A program made the translations under genes and the position numbers. DNA of 64,000 bases from Lytechinus pictus (taxonomy: Eukaryota): positions 22,570,001-22,634,000 of the forward strand of contig NC_087250.1 of the NCBI RefSeq assembly GCF_037042905.1, in the 5' to 3' direction. The notes beneath the pieces are model-generated. The model made no database searches. It saw only the letters and a list, made by a program, of their open reading frames with translations, and was not told the origin of the DNA. Below, in pieces: positions 25,144-38,309 of the stretch (position 1 is the first letter of the stretch; the number at the start of each line of letters is the position of its first letter).

Positions 25144-25764
25144 TCGCCAGTTTAAAATCCTCTCAACTTTAATTTAAAAAAAAAACAATTAAATACATGA
25201 GAGAGTTCAAAAACGTATGATACATATTTTAATACATAATTTAAGAAGATTATGAAGATGACATCTGCCAAACAAAATTGAATTTGGGTGTTTGATATGC
25301 AAATAATATTTCTTGCATATGAATTCACATAATTCATGTTAAAGAGCAAGTAATAAGTATTCAATTCATCATTTTACACTCTGTAATTTATGATATTAGG
25401 AGTTTATGAACAATTTTTTTTCTTATGCCTCGTTCGCACTGCCATGTGATCCTGTACGAAAGCCGAGATTGGCCTTTCGTAACTGATTGCGAAAATTTTT
25501 GGACCATTCAAAAAATTTTCTACGATCAATACGTTTGCCACGACTGATCTGATATGAACTGATACAATCTGATATGACTTGATACGCTCGCTACGATTGC
25601 GCCACAATTAAGAGGATATTTTAATCGTGGTGCCAATCATGAAAGTGGGAACTAGGTATTAGCCAGTGAATGGTGACCAAGGTAAGGGGGCCACCTGGCC
25701 CCTCCCTCCTCCAAAATAACCCAATTAGGGTTAAACTTGCCTTCTTTTTATTTTGTGATTTCAG

Positions 25765-25924
25765 GATTGAGAAGGACAGACTTGAGACGGAGAGATTAAG
25801 AAACATGACGGAGGAAGAGAGAAGAGAAGAACTAAGAGTGAATCCTAAACAGATAACCAACAAACAGAGCAAAGGAAGATACAAGTTCTTACAGAAGTAT
25901 TATCATCGTGGTGCTTTCTATCTG
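25765..25924 (+). CDS. MFAP1: MFAP1 coding exon 8
   Basis: TTTCAG acceptor; [24 protein letters not shown]...[24 protein letters not shown] donor at 25925. Confidence 0.96.
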
Positions 25925-26397
25925 GTGAGTGTTAAACCTATCCAGCCTGGGAGGAAGCTTATTTAACCCCCCTCCCCCTCAACATTTTAAGAAAAAAATC
26001 TGTAATGCAAAATGACTGTGTCGCGATGTCTCATTAGTTTGTTCTTTCGGGTTTAGCAATCTTTTCAAGACCAAATTTACAATGCCCTGTTACATGTTTT
26101 TAAATTGATGCTACATTTATTGTTAGTGCATGTCAGACCCAAAATTGCTCAAAAATTGATTTCGTGTACAAATCCGAAGCAAATGCTGTATGTAGCTAAT
26201 AGTCATGAATGTAACATTATTTTCACTTTTACTGATTAAAAGAAATTGATTTCATGGTATTTATGATTGACCTATAATTTTGAACAAAAAAAAAACATGA
26301 AATGATAAGAAATTTGAAAATAGATAAAGGTTTATAAGAAAAAATGTTATTACTGGCATTCATTAATGATCCTAAAAAGAGTGTCCAGAGTCTATTT

Positions 26398-26757
26398 AAT
26401 AATAATAATGATAATAATAGCCAATTTTTATCTAGCGCTTTTCCAAGAATGGCTCAAAGTGCGTTACAGCTTATTATTACCTTGGTCATTGGATTCATTT
26501 CAATCCCGCACGAAAAGTGCACAATTTCCACTCCCTGGGGAGCATTCCTTGCATTCATCGCAGCCTCATTATGGCGCTGGCAAATTCAAACATACAATAT
26601 CTTTCGCATCCTACCGGGCACCCATTTAGCACCTGGTTCGAGAGTAGCAAAGTGTGGTTTAACGCCTTGCCAAAGGACGCTAGACCGCGTTGGGATTCGA
26701 ACACACGACCCCCTGTTTACAAGGTGAAAGTCAGAACCACTACACCACGGCTCTTCC
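26398..26757 (-). mobile_element. Near full-length tRNA-derived SINE
   Basis: Minus-strand tRNA-like head (GGTGTAGTGG ... GTTCGAATCCC) at 26690-26757 and an (AAT)n tail at 26398-26420. Confidence 0.8.
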
Positions 26758-27138
26758 ACTTCTATTTCGGCTCTACGGCTCTTCTATTTAGTAGTTTTGT
26801 AGCTTTATTTATAGATTAAAACCTGAATTCAGATTTTTATGCATTGATTAGCATAATTCATTTATGATTAAAATAAATTTGATAAATTTTGGTATAGTTC
26901 CCTTTCCAATTTTAGATATTACTTTGCAGGTGACGTGCCTGCCGATTTTCGTCGCAGTCAATGGCATGATCATTTCTTCGTAGATTTGACAGAGTAGTGT
27001 ATATAAATGTGCCAGATGTAGATGTATGATGATTTGATGACGATTGACTTTGATTTTAAAGAATTTCTTATGAAACTATTGTGTGCTAAGACTACATTAG
27101 ATAAGCTCTAAATCATTTTCTTTGACGTTTCCTTACAG

Positions 27139-27228
27139 GATGATGAGAAGGAGGTTCTTAAAAGAGATGTCTCAGGAGCCACTCTTGAAGATCACTTTGA
27201 TAAGACCGTCTTGCCTAAAGTCATGCAG
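27139..27228 (+). CDS. MFAP1: MFAP1 coding exon 9
   Basis: TTACAG acceptor; DDEKEVLKRDVSGATLEDHFDKTVLPKVMQ; GTAAAG donor at 27229. Confidence 0.96.
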
Positions 27229-27294
27229 GTAAAGTAACTTTTGGCCCCAAATTTTCTTGAAGCTAGAAACATTTTGAAAGCTTTTGTTACTTAA

Positions 27295-27877
27295 AGGAGA
27301 ATGAAACTCTAGGAGCAAGTTAGCTTTTGTGAAAGCAGAAAAATCAAAGAATAAGATCAACAAAACTTTGAGAAAAATAGGACTAGCAATAAAAGAGTTA
27401 TGAGCATTTGAATGTCGAGATCACTAATGCTATGGAGATCCTCCCATTGGCAATGCGACCAAGATCTGTGATGTCACACACGTACAACTCTCCCATTTGG
27501 ACACTGAAAATATACCCCAAAACATCTCTTTTTGCTCATTCTAATCATATGACAAACGATTCATCAATTATATAATGTTGTGAAACCTCTGTACTTGTCA
27601 TCTCATAAAGAGAACACCTCACCTTGTGATAGACTCTATAAAAGTGAGAATATAAGTGAAATAAGTACTAAAGTAATGAGGGAGTTGTACGTGTGTGATA
27701 TCACAGATCTTGGTCGCATTGCCGTTGGGAGGATCTACATGGCACTAGTGATCTCAATATTCGAATGCTCATAACTTTCTTATTATTCATTCAATCTTCC
27801 TCAAACTTTCAACAATATGTTTCTTTGATTTTTCTCTTTGATATGGATTCAGCTGGTTTCAAGGGTTTCATTCTCCT
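27295..27877. mobile_element. Palindromic Kolobok-like MITE with TTAA TSD
   Basis: TTAA-AGGAGAATGAAAC ... GTTTCATTCTCCT-TTAA. Confidence 0.85.
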
Positions 27878-28586
27878 TTAAGGAGTATCCTATAGATTTC
27901 AAACTTTGTATCATTATGTAATGTATACAATGTCATATATTTGTTAAAAAATAAATGAAAGAAAAGAAAGAAGAAGAAAAAATAAATAAAACAAAAACAA
28001 GTAGGAGAAGGGGGAACCAGGAAGGAAAGAAGAATTAGAATAAAAGAAGTAAAAGGAGGAGGGGTGGAAAATGAGGCAAAAGGGAGAAAGTAAGGGGAGA
28101 GGACAAGAAGGGTGATAAGGAAAGAATGAAAATTTGTAGAAGCAAAAGAAGAAGGAAAATCAGGAGGGATATGAAAATGAGCCAAGCAGAAAATGACGCA
28201 TTGGGATATTTCTAATAAGATACATCAAACCGTACCAAAGACGGCTAGAAACCATACCTAATTTTGATGACCCAAAGGACTTTACTAAAGTCAGTGGGGT
28301 GTCAGCTTTTGATATAATTTACACATGGTAGATCCCTGGTAGATCAGGATTTATGACTAGCAGACGTTATGTAATGCCACTGGAAAATACCTTATGGTAA
28401 AGTCATCATCTCACTTTCTGTGTCCTGATACTGTTGCCCAAGACTTGGCTGAAGATATCTTTTTGGCACTCCGAGATTGCTTTCCCCAAAGATATCTCTG
28501 CTACTGGGTATTTCCAATAATTTTTTTTTACAAAGTCTGGGGTCAGCAAATAATAATCCATTTTCTATGAAAGCTATTGCCCCACT

Positions 28587-28897
28587 GGCCCGTATTCTGA
28601 AGTCGGGTTTAACTTAAACTCAGGTTTAAAGTTGTGGTTTAAGTATGGAGAGCCAATTGGAGCATGAATCCCTAACAGTAAACATTCAGTTTTTTAACTC
28701 AAATGACACCCAAATTGTTCATAATTGTCTGGGAATGATAACTGAAGTATTTTCTTCATTATGAAAGCAAAAGGAAACAAAATATTACGCATAAGAAATA
28801 TAAAATATAAACTTAATTTTCGATTTCTTGGCTTCCCATAATTTTAGTACAGAGTTAGACCATGGTCTAAGTTAAACCTGACTTCAGAATACGGGCC
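28587..28897. mobile_element. Harbinger MITE (GGCCCGTATTCTGAAGTC family)
   Basis: TIR pair with a perfect 3-bp TSD ACT/ACT. Other copies at 49373-49680 and 52102-52417. Confidence 0.85.
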
Positions 28898-28970
28898 ACT
28901 GACTTTAATAAAGTTCGATTTCCTAACCTACTGGTACAAATATTTTTCTTCCTTGTCTCTTGCTCTTCAG

Positions 28971-29162
28971 GTCAAGAACTTTGGACGGTCTGGTCGTACC
29001 AAGTACACCCATCTTGTCGATCAAGACACCACCTCCATGGACTCAGCGTGGACCAACGAAACGGCTCTCTCCAGGAAGTTCCAGACCTCTGTCGCCGGAG
29101 GCATGAAGCAAACCTTCGAGAAACCTACCGCAAGGAAATCAAGGAAGGCTCCGATGCAATGA
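28971..29162 (+). CDS. MFAP1: MFAP1 last coding exon
   Basis: CTTCAG acceptor; [27 protein letters not shown]...[14 protein letters not shown] then TGA; this is the highly conserved MFAP1 C-terminal motif. Confidence 0.97.
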   Translation, partial: VKNFGRSGRTKYTHLVDQDTTSMDSAWTNETALSRKFQTSVAGGMKQTFEKPTARKSRKAPMQ

Positions 29163-30140
29163 GAGTGGACACTCTAGAAAAGTGGCTGTCGTTGCAGCTG
29201 AAAATTCATTTACTTTACAGTGGTAAGTTTCCTCAAGGATGTTCCAGACAACTGTTACTGGTGGCATGAAGCAAACCTTCGAGAAACCTACCGCAAGGAA
29301 ATCAAGAAAGGCTCCAATGCAATGAGATTAGACACTCTAGAAAAGTGGCTGTCGTTGCAGCTGAAAATTCATTTACTTTACAGTGGTAAGTTTCCTCAAG
29401 AATGTTCCAGACAACTGTTGCTGGTGGCATGAAGCAAACCTTGGAGAAACCTACCGCAAGGAAATCAAGAAAGGCTCCGATGCAATGAGATTGGACACTC
29501 TAGAAAAGTGGCTGTCGTTACAGCTGAAAAATTCATTTACTTTACAGTGGTAAGTTTCCTCAAGAATGTTCCAGACCACTAGAATCCTTCCCACTACCGC
29601 AAGGAAATGTAGAAAGGCTCCAATGCAATGGAATGAGTTTTGAAGAAAAAAATCAGGAAAACTGGCTATAGTTACAGCTGGAGATTCATGTACTCTACAA
29701 TTGAAAGTTTCCTCAAGGATGTTCCAGATTGCTGTTACTGGGGGCATGAAACAAACCTTAGTGACACCTACCTGCTACCGCAAGGAAATCAAGAATGGCT
29801 CCAATGCAATGAGCTTGGAAAAATCAGGAAAACTGGCTATAGTTACAGCTGGAAATTCATGTACTCTACAAATGAAAGACTTCCAAATGACATTCCTGGC
29901 CATTATCTCTGGCAACATGAAAATGTCTTTCAAGAACATATGAGAAGAAAGCCTGGAAAGAAGTCAATGTAGTGAAATTGGAAAATCAAAAAATTGGCTG
30001 TGGTTACCTCAACCCCTGTGCATTACAATTGAAAGATTTCTCAAGGAAATTTCAAACCATTGCCTACATCAGGAAAGGCTCGAAAGACTCCAAATGCAAT
30101 GACGGCCCCATAACAGAAAGATTAACCATTCCAGACCATT
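29070..30140 (+). repeat. Tandem ~163-bp repeat array (about 7 copies) spanning the MFAP1 stop codon into the 3' UTR
   Basis: Anchor CAAGGAAAT at 29131, 29294, 29457, 29600 and 29781, with weaker copies near 29950 and 30070. GCATGAAGCAAACC at 29101, 29264 and 29427. Confidence 0.9.
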
Positions 30141-30637
30141 TTCTCTTGCTGCTTGAAAGTTAAACAGCAAAGTCTTAAAAATGATACGTTTTTTTACTGG
30201 GAGCCATTGTAAGGAAGGTAAAACAGGACTAATGTGAGTGCACCTGGTGGTTAGAGATATGATGGGAGCAACAGAGCTGCAAAGTAGTACTAATTATCCG
30301 TATTTAGTACTGAAAAATGAGAAGAATACTGATGGTTTCATGCAAAATACTGATTTCTTTAGTTTCTGTTTTATGTGTTGTCCGTTGGTATTTCTTTGAA
30401 AATACTGATATCCTCACCAAAATACAGATTTTCAGCATGAAAAATACTGACATGTTCTTGATCGGGTTGGCACCTCTGGAGCAGAAGCATTGTAAAGTTT
30501 CTGGAATTTGAATTAATGATCCTAGGAAAGATTGAACAAAAAAGAATCGCCAAAATCGAGGCAGGAAGGAAGTAAAGCATGAACCAATTATTCTGTTTTA
30601 ATCAAACTGAGTAAAGGTTAAGTTCAAGATATCCTGA

Positions 30638-30643
30638 AATAAA
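30638..30643 (+). promoter_or_regulatory. Candidate MFAP1 polyadenylation signal AATAAA (alternative at 31764)
   Basis: Hexamer downstream of the 3' UTR repeat array; no transcript evidence available. Confidence 0.3.
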
Positions 30644-31091
30644 TTTGTATTGCAAGTTAATCTAGATGTTCTTCTGGGTGCATTGAGATTCCTTCATAAT
30701 GAAAAATAGATATCAAATCTTGGTTGTTACTTCAACTCTCAGCCTATACAGGGTCTGAAACTTGAGACTAACATCATTCATGTGCTAGCACAATGGGCAC
30801 ATGAGCACTTTTAAAAGCAAACAATGGGCCCAGGGCTATGTCATTGGGCTGTTTGGCTTTATTCAAATCCTGAACAATAGAATAAGGTCATGTGGGGGAT
30901 TAGTATTGTAAATAGGGAACTCTGAACTGAGTTCCAATCTAACCTTGGTGTGTATGGTCTAGGTTTACATCCAATCGGTCTACAAGCAGATAATGCTTTT
31001 GAACACCATCATGGCTAAACCCACTTGGTCGACTATCAGTTTTGTCTTGGAGCCGATTGGTCCAACCATCACATGACCTGATTGTTATTTA

Positions 31092-31263
31092 CAGGGGTGT
31101 GAGATTAACGATTTTTAGCTGATTTTTTATTTTGATTTTCAGCTTGATTTCAGCTTATTTTGGTTTTCCTCTGTCAAAAATTATGGGAGCACTTTCAATT
31201 TTACCTTTTTTCAATACTCAGCTTTTTTTCAGCTTGTTTAATTTGTGATCACCCACACTCCTG
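31092..31263. mobile_element. Diverged copy of the CAGGGGTGTGAG MITE
   Basis: Flanks TATTTA / CATTTA (6-bp TSD with one mismatch). Confidence 0.7.
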
Positions 31264-31959
31264 CATTTATACCTCAATCACATTGCCCTACGGCGAGTCG
31301 AAAACAACCGTTTTAACAGTTTCTGTACCAGCTGCATAGGTGGTTTGAATAAATATGAATAAAACAACTGTTTTTGACTCATCGTACGGCCACCGTAGAG
31401 CAAATGTGACTGAGGTATTAGTCTCGTAGTCTAATTCCCACTTTGTCTGTTTGTTATTTTTTACTTTGTCAAATGAAAATTTTGTTATTTTTTCATTCAT
31501 CTATTTGTATAGACAAAGTGATGTTATACCAAGTGACTATTAGATGAAATGGTATAGCCTTGGTGGAAATTACTCAAAGTGGTTTATATGTAAATGGCAC
31601 TTAATCAAGGTATTGATACATAGAACTTTCATTGATCATGTATGTTGAGTGCTCCAGACTTTTCTGTAAACTCCTTAAATAAGAGATGTAATGATTCAGT
31701 TTTGTGCAACAAAGTTGTTGCATGGTATATATATAACTGTATAGAATTAATTAAAGACTTGTAAATAAATTCATATTAAAACAAAACCTGTCTTGTATTT
31801 CTGTGTGTTTGATACTTGGTTGATTGTTCCTCTTCAATATGCTAAGGGGAGTTTTAACTGGAGATTGTTTTGATTCGTAATCAAGTGTTTTTAGACTGAA
31901 AATTAAATTGAGGGAGTTTAGTAAAGAGGATACGACAGCCGAAAAAGAAGTAGATATTA

Positions 31960-32100
31960 GAGTGAATGAATGAGTGAGAGAGAGAGAAAGAGCGAGTGAG
32001 TGAGTGAGATAAAGAAAGAGCGAGTGAGTGAGTGAGAGAAAGAGCAAGTGAGTGAGTGAGAGAAAGAGCAAGTGAGTGTGTGAGTGACAGAGGGTGGGTG
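31960..32100 (+). repeat. (GAGT)n/(GA)n compound microsatellite
   Basis: Directly visible. Confidence 0.85.
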
Positions 32101-33652
32101 TATATGTGTGAAGAAAGGGATAGAAAAAGAAGACTGGAATTTAAAAAAAAATAGCAAAATGATGAGAAAGATTTTCAAGATACATGAGAGAAAACAAACA
32201 TCAAGAAAACTGGTATGACTGAAAAAAATAAACAAGAGACACTTAATGAATATACAGGGAATAAAATAAAAACATGGGTGGAATTGAAATTGAATGAAAG
32301 AAAATATAAAGTGGGGGAATTTCTTGAAACTATAATAAAAGAAATACAAAAAACTCCTTACAACCCAAATGGATGCAATTGCCTTAGTGAAAAGAGGTTC
32401 CAAAACAAGGCCACAATTGAATAACACTTCATCCCCCCGCCTCCGATACGGCCATTCCTAATTTCTTTCATGAATGAACGATATGAATATTTCGGGGAAT
32501 ATAATTTGTTATCAAAAGATAACACATTGCTGCAGTCATTTATATGATTACGACCGTTGTATGAAAAACTGTGCTGTTTATTGTCACTAGATGGCGCTTC
32601 AACATTTGGTCTTGTGGCTCGTCGACTATGAGCGCATGCCATACGCTAGACAGCTGAAATCACCCTGTTTTGTGGAGGCTAGCCGGGAAGCTAGGGAACA
32701 TCAAAATAATATTAGAATAAATCGTTGTTAAAATGTTCCACATACAATTAATTCATCTAAATTTCAAGGATTAGAAGAGAAGCAATCTGGTTGGGAAGAG
32801 TAAAATGAGCCGGACGAACAATTTAAAAAAGTTTCATCAAAATCGGTTATGAAATATGCAGGTTATGGACATTTAAAAAGTGGTAAAGTCTTGTTGTACT
32901 TTCCATGGGGATACTAAATTTGGCAAACGTGCTTCGGAATCACAGATTTTCGGGACAACTCTTCATTTGTTTTGTACCCAAATTGTCAGATTTTCCCCAA
33001 TATCTTTCAATTTGCACCTTGCCTCCTTCTGAGCATAACATGATGGGAAAATGATAATTCACACCACATATATATTAAGGTCGGGAGGAATGTGAACCGA
33101 TTTTGATGAAACTTGTTTTAAATTGTCCCTCTCATTTTCCAATAAGCTTTGCTTCTCTTCTTGAATTTGGCTGAAAATCTGTAATTTGAACCAGTAGAGA
33201 AAAAATCAAACTAACGAAACATTGAAACTTTCATCAAAATGGACAGGGAATACCAATGTTATAACAATAAAGTTATCCATTATCCGGACAGTTATAATTA
33301 TGCATGTCTTCATGAATATGAAATGAAACTGGTTAATGATGCCATGTCGCCATTTCTACTTTGTGCTTAAAATTCACATTTTGTCCTCCAAGAATGTAAA
33401 AGTATGTTTGACTTCTGAGTAAGTGTGTAAGATGATTATTGCTGAAACTTATTTTTTTAGGGAGACAATTAATGTTTCATGAAATTTGTAATAAATAAGA
33501 AAAGGGAAACTGCCTTCACATGGTATTTCCGAGATTTTCAAAATTGTCAGATTTTGATGGAGTTTTCAGTATGTTGCTTATTATCCTTTGTATTTTGTTG
33601 ATACCTCTTTTTTTCTCTCCTCTCTAAAGCAAATTACAATTTTCGAGAACAC

Positions 33653-35078
33653 TGTGGCGTACGGGACACTCGAAATGTGTCGTACGGGACATCTCTAAAT
33701 TGAAGCCAAACTTACTTACTTTATGTCTCTTTGACTTCTTCAATCACTTTATTTGGCTGATGATAATGATAATCCTATCAAACTAAAGACATTCATTATG
33801 TTAGAAACCGCTATTGGCTGAATATTTCTGTCAATATATATAAACAAAATAATGTGTCGTACGGGACACTTGTGTGTCGTACGGGACACTTGTGTGTCGT
33901 ACGGGACACTTGTGTGTCGTACGGGACACTTGTGTGTTGTACAGGCACTTGCGTGTTGTACTGGGCAGCCTGAATAAAACAATGAACTTTTTATCAATCA
34001 GAAGGGGAGCATTGCCCCTAAATTCTTCCTTTTTATGCAAAGTCTTTTAATAAGTAGTCATTCAGGACAATATAATTAAGTAACCTCAATATATACAATC
34101 GGGAGCAATATGTTATCATTTTTTTTCATGATGGGAAATATACAAGGGTTCACAGCATTTTTATGAGCTGAAAAACTTGAGGTTTTATGTGAAGTTATAT
34201 CTTAGTGAATTAATTGATGATTTCCAATACACTATTTAAACAATGTGTGAATGAAACTGTTTGTGTAAATTATGGGGCTAAAATTTTATAATTTTTCATA
34301 TAAAATGTATATATACATGATATAGATCACAACTGTCACTTGTAATTCCACAAAATATTTTCTTTCTAAAGAAATGCGGTTCTACTTTTTCAAACCTTTC
34401 TGCATTTAATGAAACCATATGGTTTGTCTTATTTTCCAGATTTTTTTTTGAACAACATTTTTTTTACAACTTGAAAAAAGTAAGGAGTTTCAATACTGTA
34501 TATAAAAAAATTAGTGATGATCAAGGGAAGTCCAAATAGATGATTGATATGTAATTTTTTTTTACATCTTATAATAATTCCACATTAGCATGCAAGAGGA
34601 AGTCATCTTCCAGGCTAGGGTGAATCAATTATAAAAGTTTTCTTTTCATGCTCAATGACAAAGAAATTAACCCGCTCTGACCAGTGAAAATCACCAGTTT
34701 AGCTGAAGGGATTCACCGTGGAATACGCCTACATGAAATCAATCAAAATGGTTAGAATCACCTATTTCATGTTCTATGAAGATAAGAAAGTACTTTTTCA
34801 GGTCACTTTATGTCAAATCAATTACTTGAATTAAAATAAGCCTACTATTTATAGTTTCTGAATCCAAATCCTGCAATTAAATGCATTATATATTGTGTGT
34901 CGTACGGGACAACTTTTAATAGGACAATTATTGAAAAATGAAGGGCAGTAATTAGATCCTTATGGGATAAATCGATCACCCATGGGTCAAAGAAAGAGAA
35001 ACTGATATTGTGAAATTGCATCATCAAAAATAAAATTGTAGGAAAAACTTTTTTTTTTTGATGTGTCGTACGGGACAT
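33653..35078 (+). repeat. Dispersed and tandem TGTGTCGTACGGGACA motif (20-bp period array at 33853-33966)
   Basis: Copies at 33653, 33676, 33853, 33873, 33893, 33913, 33933 and 33953 (last two degenerate), 34896 and 35062, all in the same orientation. Confidence 0.85.
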
Positions 35079-36723
35079 TGCCAAAAATAGGTTCGGAAAA
35101 ATCAGGGCTGCCCCTATTATGGATCATGAAAATGTTGTAGATATTATTTGGAACCATCAATGATACATTATTCCATTGACCTGCAATATTTTCAATCTTC
35201 TTGCGCTTTGCCAATAATTGTTTCAGGCAGTGTTTGTACTTGACTATTTAATTAGCAAAATTATTGAAAATTGAAAATTCCATTGTTCCCCCCCAAAAAA
35301 AACTATATCTGACTTCACTTTTGGTTAAAACTCATAATTTTCATAAAATTTAGGTATCATAGTAAAATATTACACTACTTGTGACTTATTGAAAGCATGT
35401 TGAAATTTAGGATATTTTTGAAGTTCTAGTGTAGAATCGCCCATACAGTATTTTATAGAGGACCACACTCTTCACTTTAGTCCGGTGTTATTTTGTAATT
35501 AGCGCTATAATTGACAATACAAAACGAGTTTTGCAACTGAAAATTTCGCACGCTAGGCCTATTATAATTATATTCTCTCGCGGAAAAAAAAGGTTCTAAA
35601 TATATATCTTATCAATCAGAAATCACTTCATAAAGGCTTTGCTCAACTTAACACACAACTAGTTCACGTATATAGATAATAATCTCATGGTGAATATTCG
35701 TTTACACCAAAATGCCAATTTCGACATGATATGCTTATGTGCCCTTTTTGGTTTTGCCCCCAAACGAAAATACGTTTCGCCATCCTTGCCTAATGGTGTC
35801 AGTTTTAACACTCCCATATTTTAAGGTGTGAACTAAAACTGTAATTTATTTCTGCTGATTTTAATTATACCTGACTCTTTGCCTGGTTTTGAAAGTTCGT
35901 TTTGTCATGGCGGCATTCTGTTTTCTAATAATTCTGTACTGGATAAAAAAGTACGAATTTCCTTTTTTCTCCATTGTAGCGATTATTAGAATGCGAAAAC
36001 AAAATTACTCCACTGTCTAAAAAACATTATCATTTTCCATCCGAGTATTAAAACTTTGCATTCGAACAAGTGACATTTTCATTTAACTTGACGCGATATT
36101 GATTTTACAATTTAAAAGCACTTGAATGAATCCTATATACTAGTAATTTATAGTTGTTTTGAATATTATAGTACGAAATTTGGTGAAAGAAAATTGAACA
36201 CTTAACAATTTTATTCTCATTCGCGCAGCACTAGATGATTTGGATTTCAGAAAACACTTCTTAAATGAGGGGGGGGGGGTGGGCCTTCATTATCTATTGA
36301 ACCCCTTTTTTTTGCTTTTCAAATTTATCGGCACCAATTTGATCTCCATCTTGTAGTGAACCCCCCCCTTTTTTTTTTGCTTTTCAAATTTACGTCAGCA
36401 CCCCTAGTCCATAAATCGTTAATAGGGCCCTGAGGGGGGGGGGGGGACCTGCATATGTCCTATAATGCCATATTTTATGGAAAAAAGACATTGAATTTTA
36501 TGCAAATATATTTGCTTTAAAATTTCAGATTATGTTGAAAGATACCAATTCAAGATGAACCGGTAAGGGATCAAGGATTTCATAAATGATGAGGGTGGGT
36601 GACTGTTTACCCTATTCGGGGGGGGGGGGGTCTGTGTCGCCGAAGAAAATTTACATGGGGAAACGAGTTGAGGATCTAGCGGTCGGAACCCCCCCCCCAA
36701 TACCATTATCATGTAGGCCTGCA

Positions 36724-38303
36724 CAGTGGCGTAACAGGCGGGGGGCAGGGGGGGCAAGCTGCCCCCCCCCCCCCGGCGGAGCTCACCGGGAAAATTAAAA
36801 AAGAAACGGGAAAAAGAAAAAAAAGGGGGAGGGAAGGGAAAGGGAAAGGAAAGAAAAAAGGGGAAAGGGAAAGGAAAAGGGAAAAGAAAACTAAGAAAAA
36901 ACATAAAAAAGGGAAAACGGAAAGATAACGGGAAAAGGAAGGAAAAAAGAACAAGTGAGAAAGAACAATTCGCACCGATATACAAATACATTAGCATGAT
37001 TAGTAAGACAGGGAAATAAATTAAAGATGACAAAAAGGCAAACAAAAGCTGGAAATAAAGGCAGAATGGAATTAGCCAAAATCTAAATTGGAAAATAAAG
37101 ACTAGGGACAAGATAACGTACACTACCGGGCTGCCGAGGATTGAGATAACGAGCGGGAAGAAAAAGGGATGATATATAGCATAATGTCGTATGAAAGTCT
37201 ATCATAAACTTGCTAAATCTCCAAAGGCTCTGTCCAAGAGTCAAGACCCCGTGCAGTGGGGGCTTTTCATCTGTAACCTTTAATGGGTTCTATAACGGGC
37301 CCCTATATGGACCCTTCCTGCATTAAGCTTTACGTTGAAGCACTGGCGTACCGGGGGTGGTTCCACAGCAAAGGGGAAATAAAAGAAAATAAAGGAGGCA
37401 GCGAAATGAGATGAATGAAAAAAAATATATGACATGATATTTGCTATAATGATGTAAAAATCTATCACATAATTAGAATTTCATTTTAACAGGCCATTTT
37501 TTTCTGGCTCGCTTCGCTCGCTGGCGACTTTTTACAAATGTTCCCACATTTGCTATGGTGTGCCCCTCACAATATTTGGATGATTACGATACACAACTGT
37601 ATTGAATTTATTTGTTGTGTTAAAGCTATATAAATATACACGCAATTTGATTAAAATAAGTGGCCATCTGTAAGGTTTAAAATGGCTTTGATATCAAGAG
37701 GTTCCGGGGCTCTGCCCTGGACCCCACCCATAAGGCACTGATATATGGATGAGTTTGGACCATGGCCCCCAAAAGTTCTACAACCAAACGAAAAAAAAAT
37801 GAGGAAAGAAAGGAAAGTGTATTATATTTTTTTGAATATCACGTTAAAATTTATCTTCGTATTAGATTCTCATGAAAAGGTGATTTTTTTTATCTCGCTC
37901 GCTTCGCTCGCTCGGGACTTATATTAAGCTACTTCTTGCCAGAAGCGCCATACTCGGCCCCCTCGAGCATATAGAGCTTCGCCCTGATGCTCACAATCAT
38001 AACAAAAATCCTGTTCACCATGGCATACAAAAAAAGAGAGAAAAAATGAAAAAGAGGAGGGTGAAATATAATATCATCTTTTTACCATTATGTCAAAATC
38101 TATCACAAAATTTGATTTTTTGGAATAAAAATGTCAAAATTTTTTGCTCGCTCGCTTTATATATATATATATTTGCCCAATACGCCATATCGCCCCCTCA
38201 AAATTTTTGCCTTATGACGCCATTGCCTGTTCCATGATATGACCGGGAAATTTTTGGCTCTTGCCCCCCCCCCCCCTGGCCACCGACCCCTGTTACGCCG
38301 CTG
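36724..38303. mobile_element. Non-autonomous hAT-like element with purine-rich interior
   Basis: TIR CAGTGGCGTAACAGG / CCTGTTACGCCGCTG and a perfect 8-bp TSD GGCCTGCA (36716-23 and 38304-11). Confidence 0.88.
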
Positions 38304-38309
38304 GGCCTG

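Noticed and set aside
29048..30163. Series of similar small ORFs downstream of MFAP1 as a tandem gene family
   Set aside because: They arise from the 163-bp repeat (not a multiple of 3) shifting frame in the 3' UTR.
31751..32427. ORFs at 31751-32071, 31957-32427 and 32215-32424
   Set aside because: Derived from a GAGT microsatellite and A-rich low-complexity sequence.
33853..33966. Regular 20-bp repeats as a CRISPR array
   Set aside because: Head-to-tail repeats with no unique spacers, no cas genes, and a spliceosomal eukaryotic context.
36530..37123. 197-aa Phe-rich ORF resembling a membrane protein
   Set aside because: Antisense reading of a purine-rich low-complexity tract inside a hAT-like element.
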